Origin: Camelus dromedarius
Taxonomy: Eukaryota
NCBI RefSeq assembly: GCF_036321535.1
Contig: NC_087436.1
Coordinates: forward strand, 122,018,001-122,082,000
Direction: 5' to 3'
Length of the DNA: 64,000 nt
The position numbers and the translations under genes are program-made. The notes beneath the pieces were generated by a model. That model had not been told where the DNA came from, did not search any database, and saw only the letters and a program-made list of their open reading frames with translations. Shown one piece after another: positions 13,066 through 23,661 of this stretch; the stretch's first letter is position 1; each line of letters starts with the position of its first letter.

Positions 13066-13178
13066 TTTCTTTTTTTAAATCTTTTTGTGGGGGAGTTAAT
13101 TAGGTTTACTTATTTACTTTTGATGGAGGTACTGGGGATTGAACCCAGGACCTTGTGTATGCTAAGCACACACTCTAC
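13066..13178 (-). mobile_element. Camelid Vic-1-type SINE, slightly 5'-truncated
   Basis: ggaggtactggggattgaacccaggaccttgtgtatgctaagcacacactctac, T-rich tail on the left, flanked by TAAAGTTATTATA at 13053-13065 and 13179-13191. Confidence 0.95.
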
Positions 13179-14422
13179 TAAAGTTATTATAAAATACTAA
13201 CTACGTTCCCTGTGCTGTACAGTATATCTTATAGCTTGTTTATTTTATAGTTTGTACCTCTTAGTCCCCTACCCCCTTCCTCTCCCCACTGGTAACCACT
13301 AGTTTGTTCTCTGTATCTGAGTCTATTTCTGTTTGATTATATTCATTCATTTTGTTTTTTAGATTCTATATATAAGTGATAATATACAGTATTTGTCTTT
13401 CTCTGTCTGACTTATTTCACTAAACAATGCCCTCTACATTGATCCATGTTGCTGCAAATGACAAATTTTCATTCTTTTTCATGGCTGAGTAATATTCCAG
13501 TGCACGTGCGTGCACACGTGTGTGTGTGTGTATCATCTTCTTTATCCAGCCATCTGTTGATGGACACTCAGGTTGCTTCTATGTTTTGGCTATTGTAAAT
13601 AGTGCTGCTGTGAACACTGGGGTGCATGTGTCTTTCCAGATTAGAGTTTTTGTTTTCTTTGGATATATACCCAGGGGTGGGATTGCTGGATCATATGGTA
13701 TTTCTATTTTTAGTATTTTGAGGACCCTCCATACTGTTTTCCACACTGACTGCACCGATTTACATTCCCACCAACAGTGTAGGAGGGCTCCCTTTTCTCC
13801 ACAGCCTCACCATTGTTTGTTATTTGTGGCCTTTTTGATAATAGCCATTCTGACAGGTGGGAAGTGATAGCTCATCGTGGTTTTGATGTGCATTTCTCTG
13901 ATTGTTAGCAACGTTGAGCGTCTTTTCATGTGCCTGTTGGCCATCTGTATGTCTTCTTTGGAAAATTGTCTGTTCACGTCTTCTGCCCAGTTTTTAATCC
14001 AGTTGTTTAATTTTTTGATGTTGAGTTGTATGAGCTGTTTATATATCTTGGATATTAACCCTTCCCAGTCATGTCATTTGCAACTATTTCCTCCTGTTCA
14101 GTAGGTTGTCTTTTCATTCTGTTGATGGTTTCCTTTGCTGTGCAAAGGCTTTTAAGTTTAATGAGGTACCGTTGGGGTTTTTGCTTTTGTTTCCTTTGCC
14201 TTAGGAAACAGATCCAAAAAAATATCATAATGATTTATGTCAAAAAGTGTTCTACCTATGTTTTCCTCTAGCAGTTTTATGGTTTCCGGTCTTACATTTA
14301 GGTCTTTGATCCATTCTGAGTTTATTTTTACATATGGTGTTAGAGAATGCTCTAATTTCATTCTTTACATGTAGCTGTCCAGTTTTCCCAGCCCCGTTTA
14401 TTGAAGAGACTGTCTTTTCTCC

Positions 14423-15872
14423 AACCCAGCACCGTTTTTTGAAAAGACTGTCCTTTCCTTATTGAACGTCTGGGCACTCTCTGTGAAAGTCAGCGGCCCG
14501 TAAATGCACGGGTTTGTCTCTGCACTTGCAGTTCCATCCCATTGTCACGTCTCCTGTGCCAGCGCCACACAGGCTTGGTTGCTGTAGTTTCACATTACAT
14601 TTCAAATCATGGGTGTGAGTCCTCCAGTTTTGTTTTATTATTTTTCAAAGTGTTTTGGCTGTCCTGAGTCCTTGCATTAAAGTATGAATTTTAGGATCAG
14701 CTTGTCAACTTCTGCATGGAAAAAAGAGGCAGCTGACATTTTAATATGGGTTGCATTGAGCCTGTTGACCATTTAGGGAGTGTTGCCATGGCAACAATAT
14801 TAAATTCCTCCAGTGCATGAACATAGGATGTCTCTGCTTTTATTTAGGTCTTCTTTATTTTATTTCAATGGCATTTTGTAGTTTTCGGTGTATAACTCTT
14901 GCACTTTTTTTGTTAAATTTATTCCAGATAATTTAAATCTTTTTTTGGAAGGGGTATTTAGGTTTATTTATTTTTAGAGCAGGAACTGGGGATTGAACCC
15001 AGGACCTTGTGCATGCTAAGCATGTGCTCTACCACTGAGCTACACCCTCCCCCTCCAAATATTTTAAATCTTTTTTGATGCTATTACAAATAGGATTGTT
15101 TCTCAATTTCGTTTTTAGTTTGTTTACTGCACTGTATCTTAATACAACTGAGTCTTTAACAGTAACAACTTTACTGATGTGTAGTCTCTATGCCAGAAAG
15201 TTCAACTTTTAGAAGTGTGTCATTAATGGCTTTTAGCATGTATTTGCTCTTCACCTGCTGTATTGAAGCCTAACCCATCCGCTCTCCTTGCCGCTTGGGC
15301 CTCTTCCATTTCTTTTCCTCTGCTCTCCCCTGCCCTAAATCTTTTTTTCCAGTTTTGAATTTTGGCAAAATATATGTAATATAAAATTTATTATTTTAAC
15401 CCTATTTAAGGGTACAGTGGCATTATGCACATTCACCATGTTGTATACCTATCGCCACTGTCTGTTCCCAGAACTGTTTTGTCGTCCCAAACTGAAACTC
15501 TGTCCCCATTAAACAGTAACTCTTGACTCGCCCTCCTCCAGCCCCTGGCAGCCACCATTCTACTCTCTGCTTCTGTGACTTTGACTCCCCTGGGGACCTC
15601 ATACAAGGGGGATAACACAGTATTTGTCCTTTGGGGACCGACTTACTTCACTGAGTATAATGTCCTCAAGGTTCATCCATGTGGTAGCAGGTGTCAGAAT
15701 GTCCTTCCTTTTTAAAGCAGAAGAATATTCCATTGTGTGGCTGGACTACATTTTATTGATCTGCTCATCTGTTGATGAGCACTTAGGTTGTTTCTACCTT
15801 TGGGCTGTTATGAATAATGCTGCTGTGAAGTTTGTAAGAGTTTGTTTGGGTCCCTGCTTTCAAATCTTGTAG
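14423..15872 (-). mobile_element. Old LINE-1 fragments (ORF2 continuation plus an L1MB-like 3' end at ~15345-15872)
   Basis: atgaattttaggatcagcttgtca; aaactgaaactctgtccccattaaacagtaactc; aatgtcctcaaggttcatccatgtggtagcaggtgtcagaat. Confidence 0.85.
14941..15053 (-). mobile_element. Camelid Vic-1-type SINE
   Basis: ctggggattgaacccaggaccttgtgcatgctaagcatgtgctctaccactgagctacaccctcccc, with a degenerate TSD ccagataatttaaatct / ccaaatattttaaatct. Confidence 0.95.
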
Positions 15873-16886
15873 GTGAGGCTGTGGACTGAGACTGGGGTAC
15901 TGATGGAAGTTGACCCCCTGGACAATGAAGTTCTGTCGCCTTTCCTTACTCAGGTCCCAGGATAGGGGCAGCCAGGCCCACCCCCCGCCCTGGGGGCTTA
16001 GTCTCTGGAACTGGCGGTCTGGGAGCGGAGAAGTGGAGATCACAAGGGTGCCAGTGCAGCAGTGAGCCCAGCCTCCCTGCCAGCCTCCCAGCGCCCCTCT
16101 GTTCTCCAGTGAAACATTAAACACTTGTAAAGGAATGTCCAAGTCATTGAAATGTGCCGATAAAACACACAGTCACGCACCCGCACTCGACAGAGGGATG
16201 GGAACCCCCGAAGCCCATCTGGGGTGCCTTCCTGCCCCACCCACTCTGCACTGAATCCTCAAGCACGTCACACCATAAGCTTCCTGGTAGTTTTATCCCG
16301 AGGGACGTGCCCCTAAGTAAGACATTAGGCAGCTGTGCATGCTTCTCTGTGGTGCCAGGGGAGGCACACAGTGTGGGGGTCCTTTATGTCCACGAGGGGC
16401 CAGGGCTGCTCGCCCGCCTGGATCAGGCCGGCCGTGGTGAGAGGAAATCACAGTTGCTCCTCCTCCCTCGCTAGTGGGTTTTTGCTGGAACTTCCGGAGC
16501 TGCCCAGAGGATTCTGTCATGTCTGCAGATGCACAAGGGCAGAGTCTTGGGTGTGTACTGGCCACAGCCCCTTGGCTGCACTCAGACGGTGCTGAAGCAA
16601 CTCTGCAAAGTCACTGCACCAGTTTACACGCCCACCAGCAACGTGAGGGTGGCCGCTGCTCCACCTGTCACACCAGGCGGCCTTTCAGTGCCTCCCTGGA
16701 AAATAGGGATCCTGTGCATTCGAGGTGTGGGTCTGGCATGAAACAGACCAGAAAAGGGAGAACGGACTGCGCAGGCCAGCGAAGGCAACTTTAAAAAAAA
16801 TTGTAATGAATGTTTCTAAATAGATAAAAGATTTCACATCCATGAAACAACAGAGAGAACAGAAAATTAAATGCCTGGTAGGAGCA

Positions 16887-17010
16887 GGGAGGGTATAGCT
16901 CAATTAGAGTGCATGCTTAGCATGAGATCCTGGGTTCAATCCCCAGTACCTCCTCTAAGACTAAATAAAGAAATAAACGTAATTACCTCCCCTAGCAAAA
17001 AAAACCAAAC
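16887..17010 (+). mobile_element. Camelid Vic-1-type SINE
   Basis: gggagggtatagctcaattagagtgcatgcttagcatgagatcctgggttcaatccccagtacctcc plus tail aaataaacgtaattacctcccc. Confidence 0.92.
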
Positions 17011-17189
17011 ACACACTGGTAGCAAAAATGTCAAGGGGAAAATTGGGGTGGGGGGGGAGGAAGAAATTTCCCAGAATGTAGGACAAAAATGACAGGAAGA
17101 CAGAGGTAAATAATCTGAGAGCCAGAGGGTCGGCAGACACCCCCCTCCCGGAGCTGGGAGGGGGGCAGCTGGACACCCTAACTCAGTAC

Positions 17190-17575
17190 AGGCTTGACTG
17201 CGGTACGACTTCGGCCCAAGGAGCTGAGAACTCCCACGGAGAGACCACCGGGAAGTGGAAGGGAAGTGTGTGGCCACAAGTCTGAAATCTGATGGGGCCA
17301 CGCCCCCTCCGGAGGCTCCCGGGGAGGTTCCTTCCAGCTTCTGGTGGCTCCAGGCGTCCTCTGGCTCGTGTGTTGTGGCTCCTTAGCCCCCTCAGCTCCC
17401 CTGTGAACTGGTGTAGAGACACCTGCCATTAGGTTAGGGCCGCTGCCAAGGCGTCCCAGATGGCCTCCGCACCCTTACCTTACCTTGGCTACAGCTGCAA
17501 AGAGCCCTATTCCAAACAAGGGCACGCTTGCACAGGCCCTGTGAGCACTCTTGGGGGGGCGGCAGCCCGCTGCAG
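17190..17575 (-). mobile_element. Degenerate MaLR LTR (MLT1 family)
   Basis: aagtctgaaatc..ggggccacgccccctccggaggctcc..ttccagcttctggtggctccaggcgtcct..ctgcaaagagccctattccaaacaagg. Confidence 0.7.
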
Positions 17576-17702
17576 CGGGTATGGGCTCTTGCCGGGAAGT
17601 CGGCACATGGAGTGAAGCCCAGAGCACTCCTGGGCGTTAGCAGAGAGTTTGCCTTCACTCACCGCCCCCACCCCAAGCCCCCATGTCTCCCTCTGTGTGC
17701 AG

Positions 17703-17836
17703 CAGCCCCACAGCTGGTTCCTGCTCCTCAGACAAGACGGGACCAGAGGTAGCCCCCGCAGCCACGAGAGAGAAGATCCGGTCCAGGTTCCACGGCAGCC
17801 ACGACCTGATCCACCGCCTGTTTGTCTGCATTTCAG
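17703..17836 (+). CDS. ZFYVE28: ZFYVE28 (LST2 homolog) internal coding exon (human exon 9 equivalent)
   Basis: Encodes [44 protein letters not shown](G). Acceptor ctctgtgtgcAG (tandem CAG alternative start 17706); donor G|GTGCCA, phase 1. Confidence 0.9.
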
Positions 17837-19053
17837 GTGCCACGTCTGGGCCTGGGGCGGGGCCTGGGGACACATGGGGGCTGTGCTTTAGCAGAACAGC
17901 TGCTGCCGGGGGCAGGGGGCCCCCCAGTGATGTGGGGGCCCCGGTGGTGCCGGCGCTGTGTGAGCCCTGCGATGGGCCCGGTGCCCGGGAAAGAGGAGGG
18001 CGTCCTGCATCAGGCTCCCCCGGCTACGGGCGGCCCCTCAGCTGCCCCCAGGCTGGTTCTGTTCAATTTGTGGCTCAGATGTCGTTGCACATCCTGACTG
18101 ACCGTGTTTCCTTTCTTCTCTGGGACAGTGAGCAGAGGAGGGTGAAGGGGAAGATGACTGTTTAGTCTCCCAGGGTAATTTGGAGAGGGGAGTGAGCACA
18201 AAAGGTGTCTTTTAAACGTTTTCCTTCAGTTTCATGAGTTTTAAAGAACTGCGGCGGTCACATGGTTCGGAAGTATAACCGCTGTGCCGTGAAGCCCCCT
18301 CCCTGGGCTCCGCACGCCCTTCCCGGCCTCCAGGGCTGGCGCTCAGACTCAGACAGTGCTCGTCCTGCGGGCCAGCGTTTCCTCGGTGCCCTGGGCCTGC
18401 GGGTGGACGGACAGGGCAAGGGGCAGCCGCGGGGCAGCCCGTGAACTGGCAGACACTGCAGGGTCAGGGTCTTAATCCCGGGGTGGGGGTGTCGCTGAGG
18501 TGGCCACAGGGCATCCGTATTCTGGTGGGATGTGCACAGCTACCCCCTTGCTTTGCTGTGGATCACAGCCAATTCACTCCCTGAAGGGCTAGCATTGCTT
18601 TCCACTGAGAAGGGCTGAGTTCACCTGCTGAGGGACGAAGGAAAGCTCTGCAGGCGGGGTTGGGGGGAGCGTTGTCCTGCTGGGTGGAGGCTTGGGGATG
18701 GGCAGAGGAGCCAGGCGCTGGGCCCTGTGTCTGGACAGGATCCACCTTCTGCTCCCCAGCCACATGGAACCCCGTGGGGGCCCTGCAGTCAAAGGTTACT
18801 TGGGGCCCAGTGTTTGCGGGGCGCAGGGCACAGCTAGATGCTGGGTGGCCGTGAGGCGAAGGGCTGCCATCGGGGTGGGCACAGTGAGGGGCTCAGTAAG
18901 GGGCCAGGGCCGCTTAATGGTTGTGGCTGTGACCCTGCGGATAGGCCTCTCCCTGTCCCTGCTCATCTGGGTACACATTGGTCTTGGACCGTGAGCCCTG
19001 GTGGGGTTTCACCAGCCAGCAGCACCTGACCCCCACCTTGGCCCTCCCCCTAG

Positions 19054-19170
19054 GGGTGGCCGACCAGCTGCAGACCAACTATGCCAGCGACCTGAGGAGT
19101 ATTCTCAAGACCCTCTTCCAGGTCATGGCCACCAAGCCGGAAACAGATGACAAGGAAAAGTTAAAGAAGG
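19054..19170 (+). CDS. ZFYVE28: ZFYVE28 coding exon (exon 10 equivalent)
   Basis: ccctccccct[51 protein letters not shown]; donor G|GTGAGT; 117 nt, phase 1-1. Confidence 0.97.
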
Positions 19171-20532
19171 GTGAGTGCAAGCTGGGGACAGGCTCTGACA
19201 GGAGGCGGGGCCTGCGGAAGCCCGCGCTCCTAGCCCGGGGCAGATATGGCCCCTGCTCGGTCCTCCCGCTTTTATATGACGGGCCACAGCACAAACGGCC
19301 ACCACCAGCAGTGCTGGCCTGTCTGCTGCACGTTCCGGGCCCTGGGCACCCCGAGAGGGCCCCTGCCTGGAGAAGTGGCCCCACCCCGCAGCTTTGCAGG
19401 CGGTCACAACCCCACACGACTTGTGTGTGCCCCACCTGCTCCTCCCCTCTGCACCTGCCCCAGCAAGGTCGCCTGCTTTTTAGGGGTGACAGGCCAGGAG
19501 GCAGGGTACCCTTCCTCTTGGAGACGAGACCCAGAAGAGGCATAGTGTCACTTCCACTGAATTCCATCTGTCAAAGCAGCCAGAGGCCAGCCCAGAGTCA
19601 GGGAGGGGACGTGGCTCCACCGCTCCAGGGGGCGTGGCTGTCTGTGACCTGCCTCACATGCTTACACACGCTCAACACAGCACAGGCACACAAGGGTGCT
19701 CTCGTCCATGTCTTCACACCTCGCACACACATGCGTGCACACAGGCTCATACACGCAGGCGTGCCCCCACATGCACACGTACAGGATGGAGTTCCCTGGC
19801 AAGGGAGCAGGGGTCAGGGCAGGGGAGGAGAAGGCACAGGGAACTTGGCCCCTAGCTCCCTGGAAGGCTGTGGCGGGTCCCAGTGAGGGGAGGGGGACTG
19901 ATCCTTGCTTGCCTCCCCCCCCCCACCGGACTGAGGCTCTTGCTCTGGCCAAGCCTCATCACAGGGGCTTCTGTTCAGGAACATCTGGGAATTCAGGGCA
20001 GCCAGCTAGCCCTGGAGTCCACCCCACAGCCTGGAGGGCACGTCCTTGCCCACAGAGAGGAGGAGCAATCTGTCCTGTGAGCCAACCCAGGTCTGCCTCC
20101 CAGTGTCCATACCACCAGGCCACACTGCTCCCATCTGCCAGGGAATTCTGGGCACAGCTCAGAAAGGGCGGGGCTGTGGACTGCCTCTGCAAGCAAGGAG
20201 GGTGGGCCCCGGAGCCAGGGTCAGGCCTTGTCCCCTGCCTGCCCTGGGGGTCATGGTCCAGGGGCACCTGATCACAGACAGTGGAGGGGCCCCGGGGCTA
20301 GGGGCCCACGGGGAGGACCAGCTACTCACCTGAGGGCACTCAGATGGAAAGGCCCCTGCCAGGGTCAGCACCCAGCTTGTGGGGCGGGGGGCAAGGCCTG
20401 CGGTGACTCACTCTTACTCCCTGTGCAGGACTCCGGGTGTGGGGGTGCTGCCCCCTGCTGGCAGCACCCACGTGCGCCTACCAGGGACGGGTGGTAGCCC
20501 ACTGACCCCAGCGGCCACCCTCTTTCTTCCAG

Positions 20533-20637
20533 TCACCCAGACCCTGCGGAGCGCAGCCTTGGAGGATTGCGCCCTGTGCCAGGAGACCCTGTCATCCTCC
20601 GAACTTGCAGCCAAGACCCGAGACGGGGACTTGGAAG
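20533..20637 (+). CDS. ZFYVE28: ZFYVE28 coding exon (exon 11 equivalent)
   Basis: tctttcttccAG|TC ACC; (V)[34 protein letters not shown]; donor G|GTGCGT; 105 nt. Confidence 0.97.
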
Positions 20638-22844
20638 GTGCGTGAAGGGCTGGGGGCAGGGACCCAATGCGCTGCGGGCTGATCAGAGAGCAGGGGCCCT
20701 GTCTGGATGTTTCTACCTCTCTGCCCTGACGGAGGCTGCACGCAGGCAGCGCTCCACCAGCGAGGCCTCTCCCCAGAGGCCATCTAGGCATGTGGCTTCT
20801 CAGGGGGAGGCAGCCTCTTACTCCAGCATCTCTTACTCAGCTCCCAGGGTGGGCACAGCCCTCTTAGCCACCCCCACAAACCTCAGGCCCATTATTGAAC
20901 ATCTCAGCCTGGGGGCCCGAGGGAGGGTGTGCAGAGCAAGGAGATGCCAGTGTCCAGGCCTCTGGCTGCAGCTGGAGGTGGCTGGTCCCAGGGCACAGGC
21001 ACACACCTCACCCCTAGTACTTGCCTGCACCCCTGCACCACAGGAAAGGCCCCATGTGGCAGCCTGGGGAGCCTCCTGCAGGAGTCGTGGGGGCTTCACT
21101 ACAGGGAACTCTAGCTGGGTGGGAGCAGGGGACCTTGTCCCCCATCAGCCTGGAGGTCAGCCGGCTGGAGGCCCGGTGGCTTGACAGTCAGCAGAGGAGC
21201 ATCCAGGGTGGGTTGAGGGCAGCACATCTGTGGGGAGGGTGTGGCTCAAGGCTTTGAAGGGGCTGGAGGCCTGGGCGAGGCTCTGAGACGGGCGATGGCA
21301 GATAGCCCTGAGCAGGTGTCCAGTGTGACCGGAGCCAAGAAGGAGGCTGAGCTGACTGCGTGATAGGCCAGAGGTCACAGTGCTCCGTGTGCCTGGTGGG
21401 CTGGGCTCGCCCGCTGGTCCTGGCACAGGGCCTCCCTCCTGCTGCCTGGCACCTGGCTGTGCAGTGAGGCTGCCTTTGTCAGGATCCTCTGAGGGTGACC
21501 AGCCTCCCTGCTTCCTCCGTGCCCTGAGCCTCAGGCTTCTCCACCATCTGAGGAAACTGGACATGATGCTATAAAGAGCCTGTCAGGAACTTGGAACCCC
21601 TGCTCGAGGAGGCATGGAAGGATGAGCTGCAAGGTCTGGAGGGGCCCAGCCCACGGCCAGGGCCATGTCCCCTCTGTGGGCTGCCTGTCCAGCCCCTGCC
21701 TGGACTTGGCTCCTGGGGGGGGGGGCCAGCCTCAATCAAAGTGGGTGCCAGGCCCAGGAAGCCCTCAGGACCCTCACTATCCTCCTTAGGCAAGGGTCTT
21801 GCCTCCCAACCCTGTGCGGCCCCAGGGGCTGACCAGTGCCATCCAGGGCATCACTGGGGCCAGCTGAGGACTTTATACGGGGGTGGCAAGCATGAGACTC
21901 AATCTCCCTGTGGTAGGGGGTGTAGAAAGGAGCCTGGAGAGCTGGGGGAGGGTTCTGGTGGGGGGCCCTGGGCAGGCAGGTGGGGGAGGGGCAGCTCCTC
22001 TGGAGCAGGTGGGTGAGGAGGAGGGCGAGAGGGAGGCGAGGGGCCCCAATGGGTGGGTGGCCTTGCTGAGCCCCACTGGGAGAGGGTGGCCAGGAGAACC
22101 CTGGGCTCATGCTGAGGCCCAAGGGAGCCATCCGAGGTGTCTGATACCCCTGAGGGTATGGTGCTGGCCTCGGGGCTGGTGCATGGTGGACACCTCATGT
22201 CTGTCAGAGCAAGCTGGCTTCTCCCAGTGACAACAAGCCCCTGAAATCCAGAGCAAATTCCCCAAGGACGCCCCCACGTGCCCTGCCTGGGCTACTCAGG
22301 TGTCGGGAGGGGCAGGGCATTTACCTGGGCCCTTAGTGCCCACCCCTGCCCCAACCCCCACCAAGAACCTCAGAGCTGCCCTGGAGCTGGGGTGGGCTGA
22401 GCTGCAGGGGCACCTGGGTCAACAGAGCATTGATTGAGGGGTCAACAGAGGGGGCTGATGGCATCCTTTCTTAGCCCCCACCTTTGCCCAAGGGCCCTGC
22501 TGGGCTGGCTGCTGTCAGGGAGAGGCTTGGGAGAGGGTTACCCCTGTGCACACACTCTGCCCATGCCCTGGCCCTGGGGTGAGGTGCGGGCTGCAGCTGA
22601 GGTCTGATTGACGGCACGGCCAACAGCTGCAAAGACTGACCTGTCCATGCGACATCATTAGTTTCCTGAAACCGTAGCCAGTAACAAGTCTTGGGAAGGA
22701 CTGAGGGGGTGAGGGTCTCCTGGGCTCACCCCACAGAGGCTCCTGCACACCTGCCAGCCTCCGACCCACCCCAGCCCACTGGCCCCCACTGCCGCCACAG
22801 CACAGCTCCTTCTGGCTGACATGTCCCCCACTCTTCTGTCACAG

Positions 22845-22948
22845 ACCCGCCTGAGTGGGTCCCGGATGAGGCCTGTGGTTTCTGCACCGCATGCAAAGCC
22901 CCCTTCACGGTCATCCGCAGGAAGCACCACTGTCGCAGCTGCGGGAAG
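22845..22948 (+). CDS. ZFYVE28: ZFYVE28 coding exon, N-half of FYVE zinc finger
   Basis: ctgtcacAG|AC CCG; (D)[34 protein letters not shown] with WxxD and R(R/K)HHCR motifs; donor GTAGGT; 104 nt. Confidence 0.98.
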
Positions 22949-23529
22949 GTAGGTGGGACGCAGTGGCCGGAGGTTGTCCCACAGCACCAGGTCCTGTAGC
23001 TGCAGGCATCCCCAGGGACCATCCAGACTCAGTGCACAGGTCTGGAAGTCAGGACCAATGTATTGGGAGGCTGGCAAGGCCTCTGGGGTACTTGTACAGA
23101 CACCCTGAGCCCCAGGCTCTGCTCTAACTTGGCACAGGGCGTGGGCTCCAGGCGCTCAGCTCACTGGGTCCGATGGTGCAGTGCCCAGTACCGGCCACAT
23201 GAGAGCTGGGGATGAGGAGGGGAAGGAGGGTCTGAATAGAGGCCTGCAGGAGCCTTGGTGTGGAGCTGAGGCCCACTCCACCGGCCTGGCCTCCTGGGGC
23301 CAAGACCTGTTCCAGGCTTTCCTGAAGGCTCCAGTCCCACAGGGGGAGCTTCAAGACCCCCACCCACTCAAGCTCTCCCTGGTCTGCGTGGGAGGAATGT
23401 GCAGCTAGGCTGGGGTGCCCAGGGCTCCGATGCTGTCCTGGCTGCACCGTCTGTCCCTAAGAGGCCCAGGTCAGGAAGGGTGAGGACTCCCCCCAGCTCA
23501 CCGTCCCTGCCGCCGCCCCTGCCTTCCAG

Positions 23530-23661
23530 ATCTTCTGCTCCCGCTGCTCCTCGCACTCCGCGCCCCTGCCCCGCTACGGGCAGGTGAAGCCGGTCCGCGT
23601 GTGCACGCACTGCTACATGTTCCACGTCACGCCCTTCTACAGCGACAAGGCGGGCATATGA
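23530..23661 (+). CDS. ZFYVE28: ZFYVE28 terminal coding exon, C-half of FYVE domain
   Basis: ccttcc[51 protein letters not shown] at 23659-23661; RVC motif present. Confidence 0.98.
   Translation: MFCSRCSSHSAPLPRYGQVKPVRVCTHCYMFHVTPFYSDKAGI

Larger units (their letters stand above)
12783..14422 (-). mobile_element. Younger 5'-truncated LINE-1 (artiodactyl type) nested in older L1; carries two SINEs in its 3' end
   Basis: tattgaaatgtattgatttac..acaacatagtgattcag 3' end, gttccctgtgctgtacag. Minus-strand ORF2 peptide [36 protein letters not shown] (14158-14361). Confidence 0.9.

Noticed and set aside
19171..19886. Remainder of the 302-aa ORF 18978..19886
   Set aside because: Intronic read-through after a consensus GTGAGT donor, with no recognisable protein similarity.
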